A stretch of 63,909 bases of DNA, counting the filler, from Intoshia linei (lineage: Eukaryota > Animalia > Orthonectida): assembly GCA_001642005.1 (NCBI GenBank). It is 4 parts of 4 records of this genome, joined end to end, with 100 filler letters (N's around TTAATTAATTAA, not from the genome) between each part and the next. Parts side by side here need not be neighbours in the genome. Positions count along the whole stretch, not along the records: positions 1 to 19,066 come from LWCA01000749.1; positions 19,167 to 49,018 come from LWCA01000377.1; 2 more parts are not named here. One strand, given 5' to 3'. How positions within the stretch are numbered: the stretch's first letter is position 1; the number at the start of each line of letters is the position of its first letter. Shown here piece after piece: positions 14,001 through 25,105 of the stretch. The position numbers and the translations under genes were made by a program. The notes under the pieces are model-generated. The model did no database searches, had not been told where the DNA came from, and saw only the letters and a list, made by a program, of their open reading frames with translations.

Positions 14001-17000
14001 TAGAGTAATTGCATATTTTTATAGTAAAATTTATTTTATAGGTAAAATTTATTTTATAGGTAAAATTTGAATGTGATGAAATTTCTGATAAGTCTCTCCT
14101 CCAATACATTACGTGCACAAAGTTTAACACTCGCGGTGATTTTATTAGGCAGAAATTAATGTTTCGAAGTATAAGATAATGTATATAAATTGTATTGTCT
14201 TTTAGAATACATTGTAGATATAGAAAAGAAGTTTGGTACTCAGGATGAGATGTCCTTTTTTACAAATTTTTTTAATCAAAATGCTAATGAATTAACCCAT
14301 CCTGATAATGGGTCTTATGAGCGAATTCTTTCAAATTTATCTTCCAAAATATGCAATAATTATCTGGACATATCTGAAAGTACTTTATCTCAATTCATTA
14401 TGTTACCAAATACTTCAAATTCTGAGTATGATAAAAAGAGTGACATGAACAATATGTTATTTAATGCAATTAAAATAATCAATTTTTGCAAGACGTTTGA
14501 GGAACGTGGTGTAAATACATCTGACATTTTAAAGGTGATTATAATGTATATTTTCATCTGGCTGATTTGCATAGATCATATTTTTCAATAATCAATATTT
14601 ATAGGAATTTAATGAAAGTTTGGGTTACAAAGAGGAATATATACATTTTGCCTTAAATTTTATTATTTTTTCAAAACAGGTTTTAATTTAATAATTTTGA
14701 GTATTGTATACTTGATAGCATTTTAAGTGAATGATTATTACATATTCTTAACTATAATTGAATATTAAGCATAATAATAGACAGGTTAAATAAATACTTT
14801 AGATTATTTAATATGGATTTAAATATTAAGTTTAATCACATGCACAATTGTCATTATAATATACATTTCGTAAATGTATATCAATTTTATTGTTAATCTT
14901 AATCAATATTTTTGTTGCTAATTGGCTAAATATATAAGAGGTACTTTCATGTTGGTCGAGAGCATGGAACTTCGCAAAAATTCTACCTTGCCAACTGTTT
15001 TTGAAATGACTGATAATTCAATGTTGTATTACGTGATTTCTACAATTATATGCGTAACGAGTGTTTTTGGAGTTGTAGGAAATTCGTTGATTAGTTCCAC
15101 AATTTTGTGTTCCAGAGGAATGAGAAAATATTCTACCTACAATTATTTAATTGCCTTAACTATTTCCGACTTGTTCATTTTGGTTGGGGCCATGTTGTTG
15201 GCTGTCAATGATATACAAACCTTTAATTGCCAAAAGTGTAATTCCATGTCCAATGTTTCTATTATAAACAGAACAACACATTTAGACGCGAGTGAATCAA
15301 ACAGAAAGGTTAGATCAGACAACTATAATTTTAAGCAACCCAATTGGGATGATAAACCTTTCAAAAACACTGAAACATCAAAATGGCTATTATCATGGCC
15401 CTATTTAAATGCAATTGTTTTCACAGGACAAATGGCTTCTACTTGGATCACGGTAGCTTTCACTGCAGATAGATTTATTGTGACCGCATTTCCTCTACAT
15501 TCTTACAAATATTGCACTACGCAACGTTCCATCTTGGTGATTTCAATAATTTACTTCTGTGTTGCAATAATATCAATCCCCAAATATTTTGAATATGAAA
15601 TACGACTTGTTCCAACCGAACGACTTTATATGCAGCAATTTACACTTCTTTCCATGAATGATGATCGAAAACAAAATTTTACGAATATTTTGTCAAATTT
15701 CAGTAAAATGTTTGAATATTCACCGTTCGAGAAGAAAATTGAACTGTCTTATATGGGCTCTTCCTCCATTTTCAGAGTGGTATATCACGGTTACATTTAT
15801 CTTTTATTAATATTTGTTGTCCCTTTTTTGTCTCTACTAGTAATGAATTTTTTCATCATTCGCAGTATTCACAAGGCTATCAAATTTGAAAGTTCATCCA
15901 ACATGGGAAAATCATCTCAGAATATTGAGGTCGTGTGTATTCAAAAAAACTCTATCACCAAAAAAGGGTACAATTCAATCAAAATTAAAAATAGTGTGCA
16001 TCGATTTATATCTGGCTCCAAGAAAAAATACCTATCTAGAATTATGAAACAACGAGTTGTAAATGAAAGCACTTTAATTCTAGTCATAATTGTTTTAATT
16101 TTTTTTATTCTCAATCTGCCAGCCATGATTTCTCGGTTTATGTGGGCCGTAACTGATAATGTCACCTATTTTAAAGAATTTAGCATTGTTCTATTCAGTG
16201 AAATCAGCAATTTTTTAGTGGTTCTCAATTCTTCCGTCAATTGTTTTGTTTATATTGTTATCGGAAAAAGATTTAGATTACATTTTAAAAAAATTTTTTG
16301 TCTTAAATTTAAAAAAAAATCTAGTCAACATGACTAGTAGCTATTTATACAACTTGTTAATGTTATTAAATTATTCAAATTTTGTTTATATGTTAAAATT
16401 TCAATTTTAGATTTATATGGTTGGATTTCACAAAAAAGTATATGTTCATCATCTTTTTATTAATCAATGGACCTTACGGTGTATCAAAATTCTTGGAAAA
16501 TGTGTAAGAAAATTTTTTGAATATGTTGTCACTTTGACTAAACTTTGATTTACCCAGGTTTGTAATAATGAACTAAAAATTATCATTCTGTTTGATTTGT
16601 TGTATGTTGTGTTTGTACTTTGTAATTGTTTAAAAACCATGAAAATGTTTCTGCAGTTAGAAACTTTTCAAAAGAGTTTAAAACCCTGTACGAACAAGCA
16701 ATTGGACAAATTTTATGTATATCTTCTGTGTTCACTACTATTGGTGGAAGAGATACTTTCTATAAAATGTTTTTTATAAATATATTTTTCGGTGCTTTAA
16801 TATTCTGAATCTTTCAACAATTATAAAATAATTTGGCCATCACTGAAGTGTACTGGTGGTGTGGTTAATTAAAGTTTAGTTTCTTGAAAAGTTTTATTAA
16901 ATATAAATAAATTCATTTCGCAGCCCTATTAATTTTTATATATACAATTGAAATTGGAAAATGTTTAAAAAAAGCTTTGTGAGTGGTTTGTTTTTTGGAA

Positions 17001-17743
17001 GAGAATGAATTAAAAATAATATTTAAAAACTTGCGTCAAATTTTAACTTAAACCACTACAGTTTTGAAAAAGGAGTACTACACCGAATAGTATCTTTCAA
17101 AAATACCACAAACATATTTTTGCTAAAATGATATTAAATAATTAATAATAATAAAAAGAAATTAATTTGCATTGTTTTTATATTGCATATAGGACACTAT
17201 TGATCCAGATGATCAAGTTCAGGAGGATTCTGAATTTAAAACTCATATTCAATTTCTAAAGTACAACAAAACGTAATTTTTACCTGAATATTTGTATTTT
17301 TTGAATTAGAAAACTGTTAGAATACTCATTTATACCCAAACAATATTTACATATTGATGGATCCCTCAATAAACACGCCCTGGACGATTTAATGTTTTCT
17401 ATATGCATGTACGTGTATAACCATCCTGGACAAAGCGAAAATGGAATTATTAATTATTTCAAAACTACAATATTTCCCATAGTTGTAATTGAAATGTTGG
17501 AGGTACACTGTATAAACATTTCATCTTTGTAATATTTTTAGTTATTGGAATCTTTTAAAATTTTAAATAGCCTTGATATGAAAGTGACAAAACGTAACGA
17601 TCGTTTATTTGGTAAATGTAAATATTTCTAAAACGTATACTTATTTAGTCAACAAAGTGGAACAAAGAATACGTGTATGGCATATAAGTGATAGTTGGAT
17701 AGACAATTACCTTAATTTTATCAGAATTTTACAAAAAGTTTAA
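8034..17743 (+). CDS. GTF3C1: General transcription factor IIIC subunit 1 (TFIIIC220-like), multi-exon; 5' end not resolved
   Basis: Spliced exons give MHLACLFGLLTF (cf. LQRLCYMGLLQF), PMGDGEGLYGFDSS (cf. PGDGLGAAGLDSS) and the C-terminal FIPKQYLHIDGSLN...YVYNHPG...IFPIVVIEMLELLES (cf. FIGRPW..DGHLN...RPG...VLQPVAVLELLQGLES). Comparisons are to the vertebrate protein from memory. Stop TAA at 17741-17743. Some middle exon boundaries are unresolved. Confidence 0.72.
11654..12380. mobile_element. Non-autonomous Tc1/IS630 deletion derivative in a GTF3C1 intron
   Basis: ~45-bp TIRs: CTATACCATTTACATTTCAATTTCGCC.../...GGCGAAATTGAAATGTAAATGGTATAG. 11975-12380 closely matches 3480-3886. Confidence 0.85.
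14949..16337 (+). CDS. Class A (rhodopsin-like) GPCR, FMRFamide/neuropeptide receptor-like, intronless
   Basis: Seven hydrophobic segments. GN in TM1, LxxxD in TM2 (LTISD), DRF, xxLP in TM6, NSSVNCFVY in TM7, then helix 8 GKRFR. First ATG at 14949 (the ORF track starts at TTG 14922). Confidence 0.93.
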   Translation: MLVESMELRKNSTLPTVFEMTDNSMLYYVISTIICVTSVFGVVGNSLISSTILCSRGMRKYSTYNYLIALTISDLFILVGAMLLAVNDIQTFNCQKCNSMSNVSIINRTTHLDASESNRKVRSDNYNFKQPNWDDKPFKNTETSKWLLSWPYLNAIVFTGQMASTWITVAFTADRFIVTAFPLHSYKYCTTQRSILVISIIYFCVAIISIPKYFEYEIRLVPTERLYMQQFTLLSMNDDRKQNFTNILSNFSKMFEYSPFEKKIELSYMGSSSIFRVVYHGYIYLLLIFVVPFLSLLVMNFFIIRSIHKAIKFESSSNMGKSSQNIEVVCIQKNSITKKGYNSIKIKNSVHRFISGSKKKYLSRIMKQRVVNESTLILVIIVLIFFILNLPAMISRFMWAVTDNVTYFKEFSIVLFSEISNFLVVLNSSVNCFVYIVIGKRFRLHFKKIFCLKFKKKSSQHD

Positions 17744-18074
17744 TTTATATAAATTAGCAAATTTTAAATTGTATATATTTTAATGAAATGTTTATATTTA
17801 TTAAATTTTTAATATTTTGGCAATAGTTAAATTTTATTTCTACATTGCAAATTCCAATATCCTGCATTAATATTTATATAATGTTTATCTGCACTAATTT
17901 TATTTTCAAATATTCAAATTAAATATAAATTAGTTGGATGAATCAATACTTTTCAAATGTGTACAGACAACTCCCAAATTGTTCCACATTTATGATAAAA
18001 TAATATACTCATTTATTTTCCATTATCTGCAAGATTCTGTAATACATTATTGAAAATAGTAAATGCGTTATGAA

Positions 18075-18684
18075 ATGCCACGAGAAGAAATTGGTACTTT
18101 TAATTAGCTAAACTAATAAACACATAGATGCGATACTATCCCGATATAACAAATTGGATGGGAATCTTCATTTAATGTGCTTAAAATCTAATTTTGACAA
18201 ATTGGGGATAACTCTGTCGGGATTCAAAGAGAGATGTAAAAATTATCCGTGTACTAAATAACTTTTTTAAGGCGATTCCAATATATTGCCACCTTCAAGT
18301 TGTAGTGTTTATATAACTCATATTGACAAAAACTCGATCGCGCACAAACATTTAAAAATTGGTGATTTGATTTTGCAGGTTAATTCCCAACTTCGTACAT
18401 GATTATATATGCATGTAGGTTAATGATTATATATTGCATAATAAAAGTCACGTAAATGGAGTAGAAATAATAAGAACAGAAATGAAAAGAAAACATTTGA
18501 TATTTATCGTTTTCAGGTATACAAATAAAATACAATAAATAAACGTTTTATTTTTACATGAGTGTCTCGTCTTATTCAGATACAGATCTTTCAGAGTTAA
18601 TTTAAATTTATTTTAAAACATTATATTTTTAATAGAGATTCATCACTTCAATCAGAACTATCTAATGACAATATACGATATCAG
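18075..18684 (+). CDS. PDZ-domain protein, MPDZ/PATJ-like (partial; runs toward the gap)
   Basis: Spliced exons give MPREEIDAILSRYNKLDGNLHLMCLKSNFDKLGITLSG...SVYITHID...LKIGDLILQVNDYILHNKSHVNGVEIIR...IFIVFRD. This is a canonical PDZ fold resembling an internal MPDZ repeat. Confidence 0.7.
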
Positions 18685-19066
18685 GTAAATTTCATTTTAA
18701 ATTCAGTAAAGTAAATGATACCACTTGTATTAAGGCTGTTCAAAAAAAATTAATCTGCACACCATATATATCAAAGTGAGTGGCGGATTTAGAATTTTCA
18801 ACCAGGGGGCGAAATAATTATTAGGGGGCCAATCGCATATAATGTATTTAAATTGAATTTTTATATTATGTAGATTATTAAATATTTCTATCTATAATAA
18901 TAATTTATATTTTTTTTCTAATTTTCATTCTATTAAATTTTTCAATATTGAACATTCAACTGTTGACTTGTTTAACTGCATCATAATCGACATTTTCGAT
19001 AAGTTCTCTTCATTAATTAAATGTTTGTCTAACTCTGTAAAGGATGCTTTGAGGCCTCTTTCTGAC

Positions 19067-19166
19067 NNNNNNNNNNNNNNNNNNNNNNNNNNNNNNNNNN
19101 NNNNNNNNNNTTAATTAATTAANNNNNNNNNNNNNNNNNNNNNNNNNNNNNNNNNNNNNNNNNNNN
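19067..19166. other. Assembly spacer (44 N + TTAATTAATTAA + 44 N); also at 49019-49118 and 61742-61841
   Basis: An identical 100-nt artificial linker with stops in all six frames. Confidence 0.97.
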
Positions 19167-20425
19167 GTATTTGCAAAACAAACAACTTAAGCTTGTACCC
19201 TACAAATGTACCCCAGTTTCTACCAATTGAAAATGCTCATGCAATTATCAAGCGTGAAGAATAAGTTCAATCCAAAAAATGCCGACGAATTGGAGGAGAA
19301 AATCCATACAGTGATGAAAAACCGTGATACCCTTCTAAAATGCATCACTCTCGGTTTTAGTCGAAAATTTAGAGTTCTCTGCGACCAAGGAAGGCGTAAT
19401 GGATTATTTTCCAATGTAAAATAGTAATTAAATATGTAAGTTTAAAATGTTATAACTTAATTTATAAAAATTCGATTGGTCATTAATATATACGCGCTTT
19501 AAAAAGTTGCAGAATTAATTCCTCATACGTTATTTGCACAAGATATAATTTATATTTTAAGGATGTATAACAATAAGTAACAATATAGCAATTTTTAAAT
19601 TTTCATGAAATGATCATAATTTTGTCGACCTTTTACGTGTATATTAAATATTAGATAATGAAAAAAAACCAGAAAACGTGTGGCTAACTTATGGAAATAT
19701 AGTCACTATAAACTTTGATGAAGAAACCCTTACATTTATTTGTGCTACCGATAATGGGATAGTTAGTTTCTGGGAATATAAATCTGGTAAATTTCAAAAA
19801 ATATTATTATATATAAACTATTATAAAGTAAATTAAAGTAATAATAATGCAAATAAAATTGTTACATTTTAGGAATCTGCATGGGATGCGTGCACACAGA
19901 ACATAATGATTTGATTTCTGATTTACATTTATTGAATCCTGATAATGTACCAAACATTTCGAAATTTCAAAACAAACTAAATAAAAAACAAAAAATATCT
20001 CTGAAAACTGACAAAATAGATAAAAGCAGTGAAATGGATGATATTCTTGTTAAATATAAAACAGTGTCTGCGTTGGTAGTTACGTCGTGTTGTGAATTGT
20101 TTTATATTGATTCTAATGGACTTAATTTGGATAATAATCTTAAAGAGCTGATTTTAAAGTAACCTTACGTTAACTTTTAACATTATCAGTTGAGCGAAAC
20201 TTAAATCATTTAATATTAGATATGAATATTATTTAATTATTTTGAAATAATGTTGGAAAAGTCCACAATATTAAATTTTACAATCATATAGAAAAAATTG
20301 GGTTTATTCCATAAATTTTCAACAACCTCCCACCAATAAGGTTTAACGTGACCGTGATTAAGATTTTTTTAAATTAGATTCAGATTTTGAAAATTGACAT
20401 CATTTTATCATGAACCCTGGTTGGG

Positions 20426-21171
20426 CAGAGCCATCTTAAGCCACTTCTACCTGGGCTAAGCAAAGGGCCGGGCCCTTTAAAATTTTTAGCGAAGCGATAA
20501 AAAAAAAATTAGGACCCCTGTTTAGAAGACAGGGAATACTGTTTGTTGGAGACTTAGAGTCTTATTTCATCGAGTATTAATAAAAGCATTAAAAGATATT
20601 ATGTAGGTTTCTAGTAACTTTTATTTCTTTTACAAAAACCTACTTACATTAATTAATGAACAAAGTTTACTTTTTCATTTGAATATTTACTTTTTAGAAA
20701 AGTTGTAATCTTAATTTGAAATAGTTTTTTTTGTCAATATTATTTTTAATTCTGTATTATCCAATTATCATGAAAGTTTAATTATATAAACAGTTGAAAA
20801 TTAATAAGAGAAAATCAAAGATTTCCTACATTTTTTTTGAATATTTACTTTAATAGAAAGGTTTTAATGTTTAATATTATCATTTGAAACAGTTTTTATG
20901 TCAATATTATATAATAAACATTGTGGAATATATTTTAAATTCAATAATTACCAGAACTGTGATTCTTTTCTATTTTCTTTCTAGCTATTTGAATTCCCAC
21001 ACTTCAAAACTTATAAACTGATACTTAAGATATAAATGTAAAGTAATTTTTTGATAAATTGAGACCTCCTTTTAATATATAAATGTAAAGTTCTTTTATT
21101 AATTTGGGGGCCCTTTTTAATGAGGGGCTCTGGGCTAGAGCCCATATTGCTCATGCCTTAAAACGGCTCTG
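20426..21171. mobile_element. Non-autonomous hAT element
   Basis: Perfect 8-bp TSD TGGTTGGG (20418-20425 and 21172-21179). TIRs CAGAGCCATCTTAAG / CTTAAAACGGCTCTG, with GGGCCC-rich subtermini. Confidence 0.88.
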
Positions 21172-22426
21172 TGGTTGGGTACTGCCTTTTTACATGTCTC
21201 TGTATTTTTGGTACAGGTATAATCCTATTTACTTTGTATTGAAGTTTTATATCACTGTTTCCAAATCTAGGAGATAATACCTACTACAATGTATTGTGGA
21301 TGGTACAAATTATTTTAATAAATCAATTAATAAACATCATACGGTGACCTAAATTTCAATAAAATGGTAAAAAAGTGGTAATGACTCAATAGAATTTGGA
21401 AAACAGTTTTATCAACTGAAATCAATTGCCCTTTTAATATTTTTAATTGGTTCAATATTATTAACATAAAACATTCTAATTAACCCTCAAGTTAGTTATT
21501 TTTATTAATATTTTCGTTAAATTAACAATTTATTATAATGTAATTGACAGTTAATAGAATAATACAAAAAATTATTGATTCTTAATAAAATTTTTAGTTC
21601 TGAAATAAATGCCAACAAAATAACATCAATTGTGAATATAAATGGAAAATATGTAATTTATCCTAGTCCAAATATACATGGTTGGATAGATATAAACATT
21701 TTGATTGATCATTGTACAGTAGGGTGTCCACTTTTGATGTTTTTTTATTAGAAACCCATTTTGCATGTGGATGCTTATTTTGATTTTAAGCATTTATCAC
21801 CCAAAAAAATGAAATCGGTTAATATTTATAAATTTTAAATGAAATTCATAAAAAATGTTAGTATTAACAGTTTGGCGTATACTGTTAATATGTATTAGTA
21901 GGTAGCCATATAGTAAAATAATAAGAATAAATAATATAGTGGCGGTATTTAAAAAACTTTCAAAGAAGAAGAAATTTCAATAGTAAAAATTAGCACTTTC
22001 ACGGTCAAACCCCAAATTATATTTTTTAATAAATAATAATAATAATTGAAAAATCCTAGTTATTATTTTGATTTTTATACTGTTTAATTTTAGTTACTAT
22101 TATGTTTGAAGGATGGATCTCTAATTTCATTTAATACTGATACATGTGATTACGAAACATCATTTGAATCATCCCCAGAATATGATATAAGTGAACCCTG
22201 GAAAGTAGTTTATTCGTTTAATAGAAGGTTTGGAAAGCTTTATATTGTTGGTAATTGTTTAAATATTCTAACTTTAAGGTTTTGGCAAATAGTATCAACG
22301 TTATTCGCATTTTATTTCTCAACTTTCTAAGATTTCAAGTAGTTATTTTTTTATAAAAAGTTAACACGTTAATAGAGGGGCTTTGAAACCTTGTTTCGTT
22401 GATGATTCAATTTGCCATATATACAA

Positions 22427-23188
22427 GGGGATTAATTAATTTGTCAGTATTTAATTAAAATACTGACATTTTCTAATAAAAAATGTTCTGTATTTTCAAC
22501 ATAAAATTGTCAGTATACACATTAAAATATCAGTAATAAAAAGTATTTTGTCAATATTCAATCACATATTTGTCAGTAAATATATTAACTATATCAGTAT
22601 TCATCGAAAATTGTAAGTAACTCAACAAAAAAGTATATAGAAATAAACACATTTTATAAAATAATATTTTGTCAGTAAAAAAATTGAATTGTAAGTTTGA
22701 TGATTTTGGAGTGTCAGTATAAAAATTAAAAATCTAGTTTTTGAAAATTGAATGTAATTATGTCAATCCCTTCAATATTTTTTATATCTCTTTCTTGTCT
22801 TTATTATTATCCTTGTGAGGTTAATAATTAAGTTAATCTTATGAAATACTTTATATAATAATATCATCCACTACAGACCCAAGTTAAAACTGAAATATTA
22901 AGATACCATATTATACCTACAAACCATATTACAAAAAAATTAGAAATATTCTATGGTGTTCACACCAGAGAATATTTTTTTATGAGAACAAATTGTTAAT
23001 TAATTGTGTCAGTATTTTTCTATAATTATTTTTCAGTATTTTAAGTGCCTTTACTGACAAAATAATTTTTTTTACTGCCCTTTCAATTTAAATACTGACA
23101 CCTTATCAATTGGCACCTAAAATACTGAAAAATCAATGTTGCTACTGACAAATCAATAAGAAAAATACTGACACAATAAATGCACGCC
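22427..23188. mobile_element. Mutator (MULE)-like non-autonomous element
   Basis: Perfect 9-bp TSD TATATACAA (22418-22426 and 23189-23197). Ends are GG.../...CC, with many inverted TGTCAGTA/TACTGACA subterminal repeats. Confidence 0.75.
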
Positions 23189-23727
23189 TATATACAATGT
23201 GTATTACATATTCCGTCGACTCTGATAAAATAGTAATTTGTGAATATACAATATTTCAATGATTTCAAATGTTTTTCAGAGCCTATGTTCCGTGTGGCCC
23301 ACTTTAATGACGCAGTCTTATTCATAATTTTACTATAATTTAGTTAATTCAACAAAAAATAATGATGCAAAAATATGTGTATTTGAAATAACCAAAGAAT
23401 TGCAAATTGAGAAAAGAGTTCAAAAGGAGTCTAAAAATTTTGATCAAATTGTTAAAAGCATCTTGGAGGAAATGTAATGAGTATATACAATCAGATGTGC
23501 CAATACTTTTTTTAATACCGTTGAGATTTAATTGGAAAATGTTTACATAGAAGGGTAATAAGATTACACATAGGTAGATTAGTTTCATTATGGTGCTCCG
23601 ATATTTATTAAATAAATACAATATTTTCACAATAAATGACTAATTTAACAATATATTTAGACAGATGGACAAAGTAGATACTGTGAATTATATAAAATCA
23701 AAATGGCCAAATTTTATAATATAAATA

Positions 23728-24087
23728 TTAAAAATTATATTCACCACCATATGGTTGATATGAAGCATTTTCTTTTATTACATAGCCTTCATCATCCGAA
23801 TCTTTTGTTTCGTTTTTTTCAGTTTGTATAGGCTTTACAATGATTGGTGTATCACAATTAAATTCATTCATTTTTGTAAATGTATTATTTTGTACATTGG
23901 TCATAGATTCTGATGCTATTTTTTTAGCCAATTTACTCATTATCGGAGTGGCCACGTCGCAAGTTGGATCCAATGCAAATGTATTGATGTCATCATTGTT
24001 TTCAAAGTTTTCGTTTACTATGTTTTCATATTGTTTTATTTCTTCGAGATAATTTAAAGTTATTTTGCTCAAATTTCTTCGAATCAT
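23728..24087 (-). CDS. CDC26: Anaphase-promoting complex subunit CDC26-like, single exon
   Basis: From ATG 24087, MIRRNLSKITLNYLEEIKQYENI matches the CDC26 N-terminal signature (MLRRxPTxxxLxxxDIxEFE), followed by a low-complexity acidic tail. Confidence 0.55.
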   Translation of the reverse strand: MIRRNLSKITLNYLEEIKQYENIVNENFENNDDINTFALDPTCDVATPIMSKLAKKIASESMTNVQNNTFTKMNEFNCDTPIIVKPIQTEKNETKDSDDEGYVIKENASYQPYGGEYNF

Positions 24088-24791
24088 AATTTTAAAAATC
24101 AAAAATAATTGTAGTGTAATTGGCAAGGTGATACTATAAACGTGTATTGAATTGTATCAATAAAGATGATTTATTCAACAATGACAGATTTCTGACTGTT
24201 TTTTAACCATTGTTAAACTTTTAACATCGGATTTTATAAAACTTATACTGGGTAGCTGGGATACATTTATAAATTTTGTTAGTAATAAAAGTAAAATAAT
24301 AATATATCTAAAATTTAGAATCTAAATGTAATAAATTATCATTTCAGTAAATTACGCTTTATTTATTTACTTCAGTTTTAATTTAAAATAAAACTATTTG
24401 AGTTTGTGCGATTTTTGTCTCCATAAAAACCTTACATTCGTATAATATCAAATTCAGAAATTCACATCATTTCAACTTTATTTGTTGTAGTGTAAAACAT
24501 CCAATAGGGTCCAAAGGGTTAATAATAAGACGCTATAAAACATAAAAAATACACCCTGTATCATTAAATATTACTTATATGATATTTCAATATAAAGATG
24601 AGTCATATCAGTGATATCATATTACATCATATATTATGAGTGATAATACATTTCAAGAAAACAATGTTTTACTATAAAATGTAATCAATTGTATAATTAC
24701 GTAGACAATAATTTTTTGAAATTTCTTGGTAGAAAAAAAATAATTTTATTGTGAAATTGAATAAATAATAAACATAAATTGGAGATTATTT

Positions 24792-25079
24792 TGGCAACAC
24801 CGAAAAACGTACTTCGGTCGCTTTATTTTACATAATTTTTTTTTTAGCTTGAGCTAGGAAATTTTATTTACATTAAAATGATTTGCAATGTGAATCAAAA
24901 CAAACAAATATTTTCATATAGTCAAAGTTACAAAAATATAATAAAAATGAATGGCAACATCACGTAGCTACATGAACAAAGCTAAATATTGTGCTGAATA
25001 CCACGGGTAACAATACATAAATATGTTTATTTATTTGTTTTCTATGAAAACACGAAAACTTTATTAAATTTGGCAACAC
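24792..25079 (+). promoter_or_regulatory. Three TGGCAACA motifs in the divergent CDC26/DDX5 intergenic region
   Basis: Copies at 24792, 24952 and 25071, the last ~27 nt before the DDX5 ATG. Confidence 0.35.
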
Positions 25080-25105
25080 TCTTGTATCGTTTTAAAATTT
25101 TAAGC

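Larger units (their letters stand above)
19654..23478 (+). pseudogene. WD40/beta-propeller-like multi-exon gene, probably disrupted
   Basis: Exon-like segments FICATDNGIVSFWEYKSG/ICMGCVHTEHNDLISDL and LLLCLKDGSLISFN resemble WD repeats. Several exons contain stops, and two transposons sit in exon-like sequence. Confidence 0.4.

Noticed and set aside
15941-16165. Short antisense ORFs overlapping real genes (also 23840-24052, 26249-26482, 29964-30167, 60119-60313)
   Set aside because: Shadow ORFs of opposite-strand coding sequence with no independent evidence.
19067-19166. TTAATTAATTAA palindrome inside N runs (three times)
   Set aside because: Identical 44N-12-44N layout each time; an artificial contig spacer, not biology.
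22440-23175. CRISPR-like repeated short motifs
   Set aside because: Irregular spacing, inverted arrangement, flanking TSD and eukaryotic context indicate transposon subterminal repeats.
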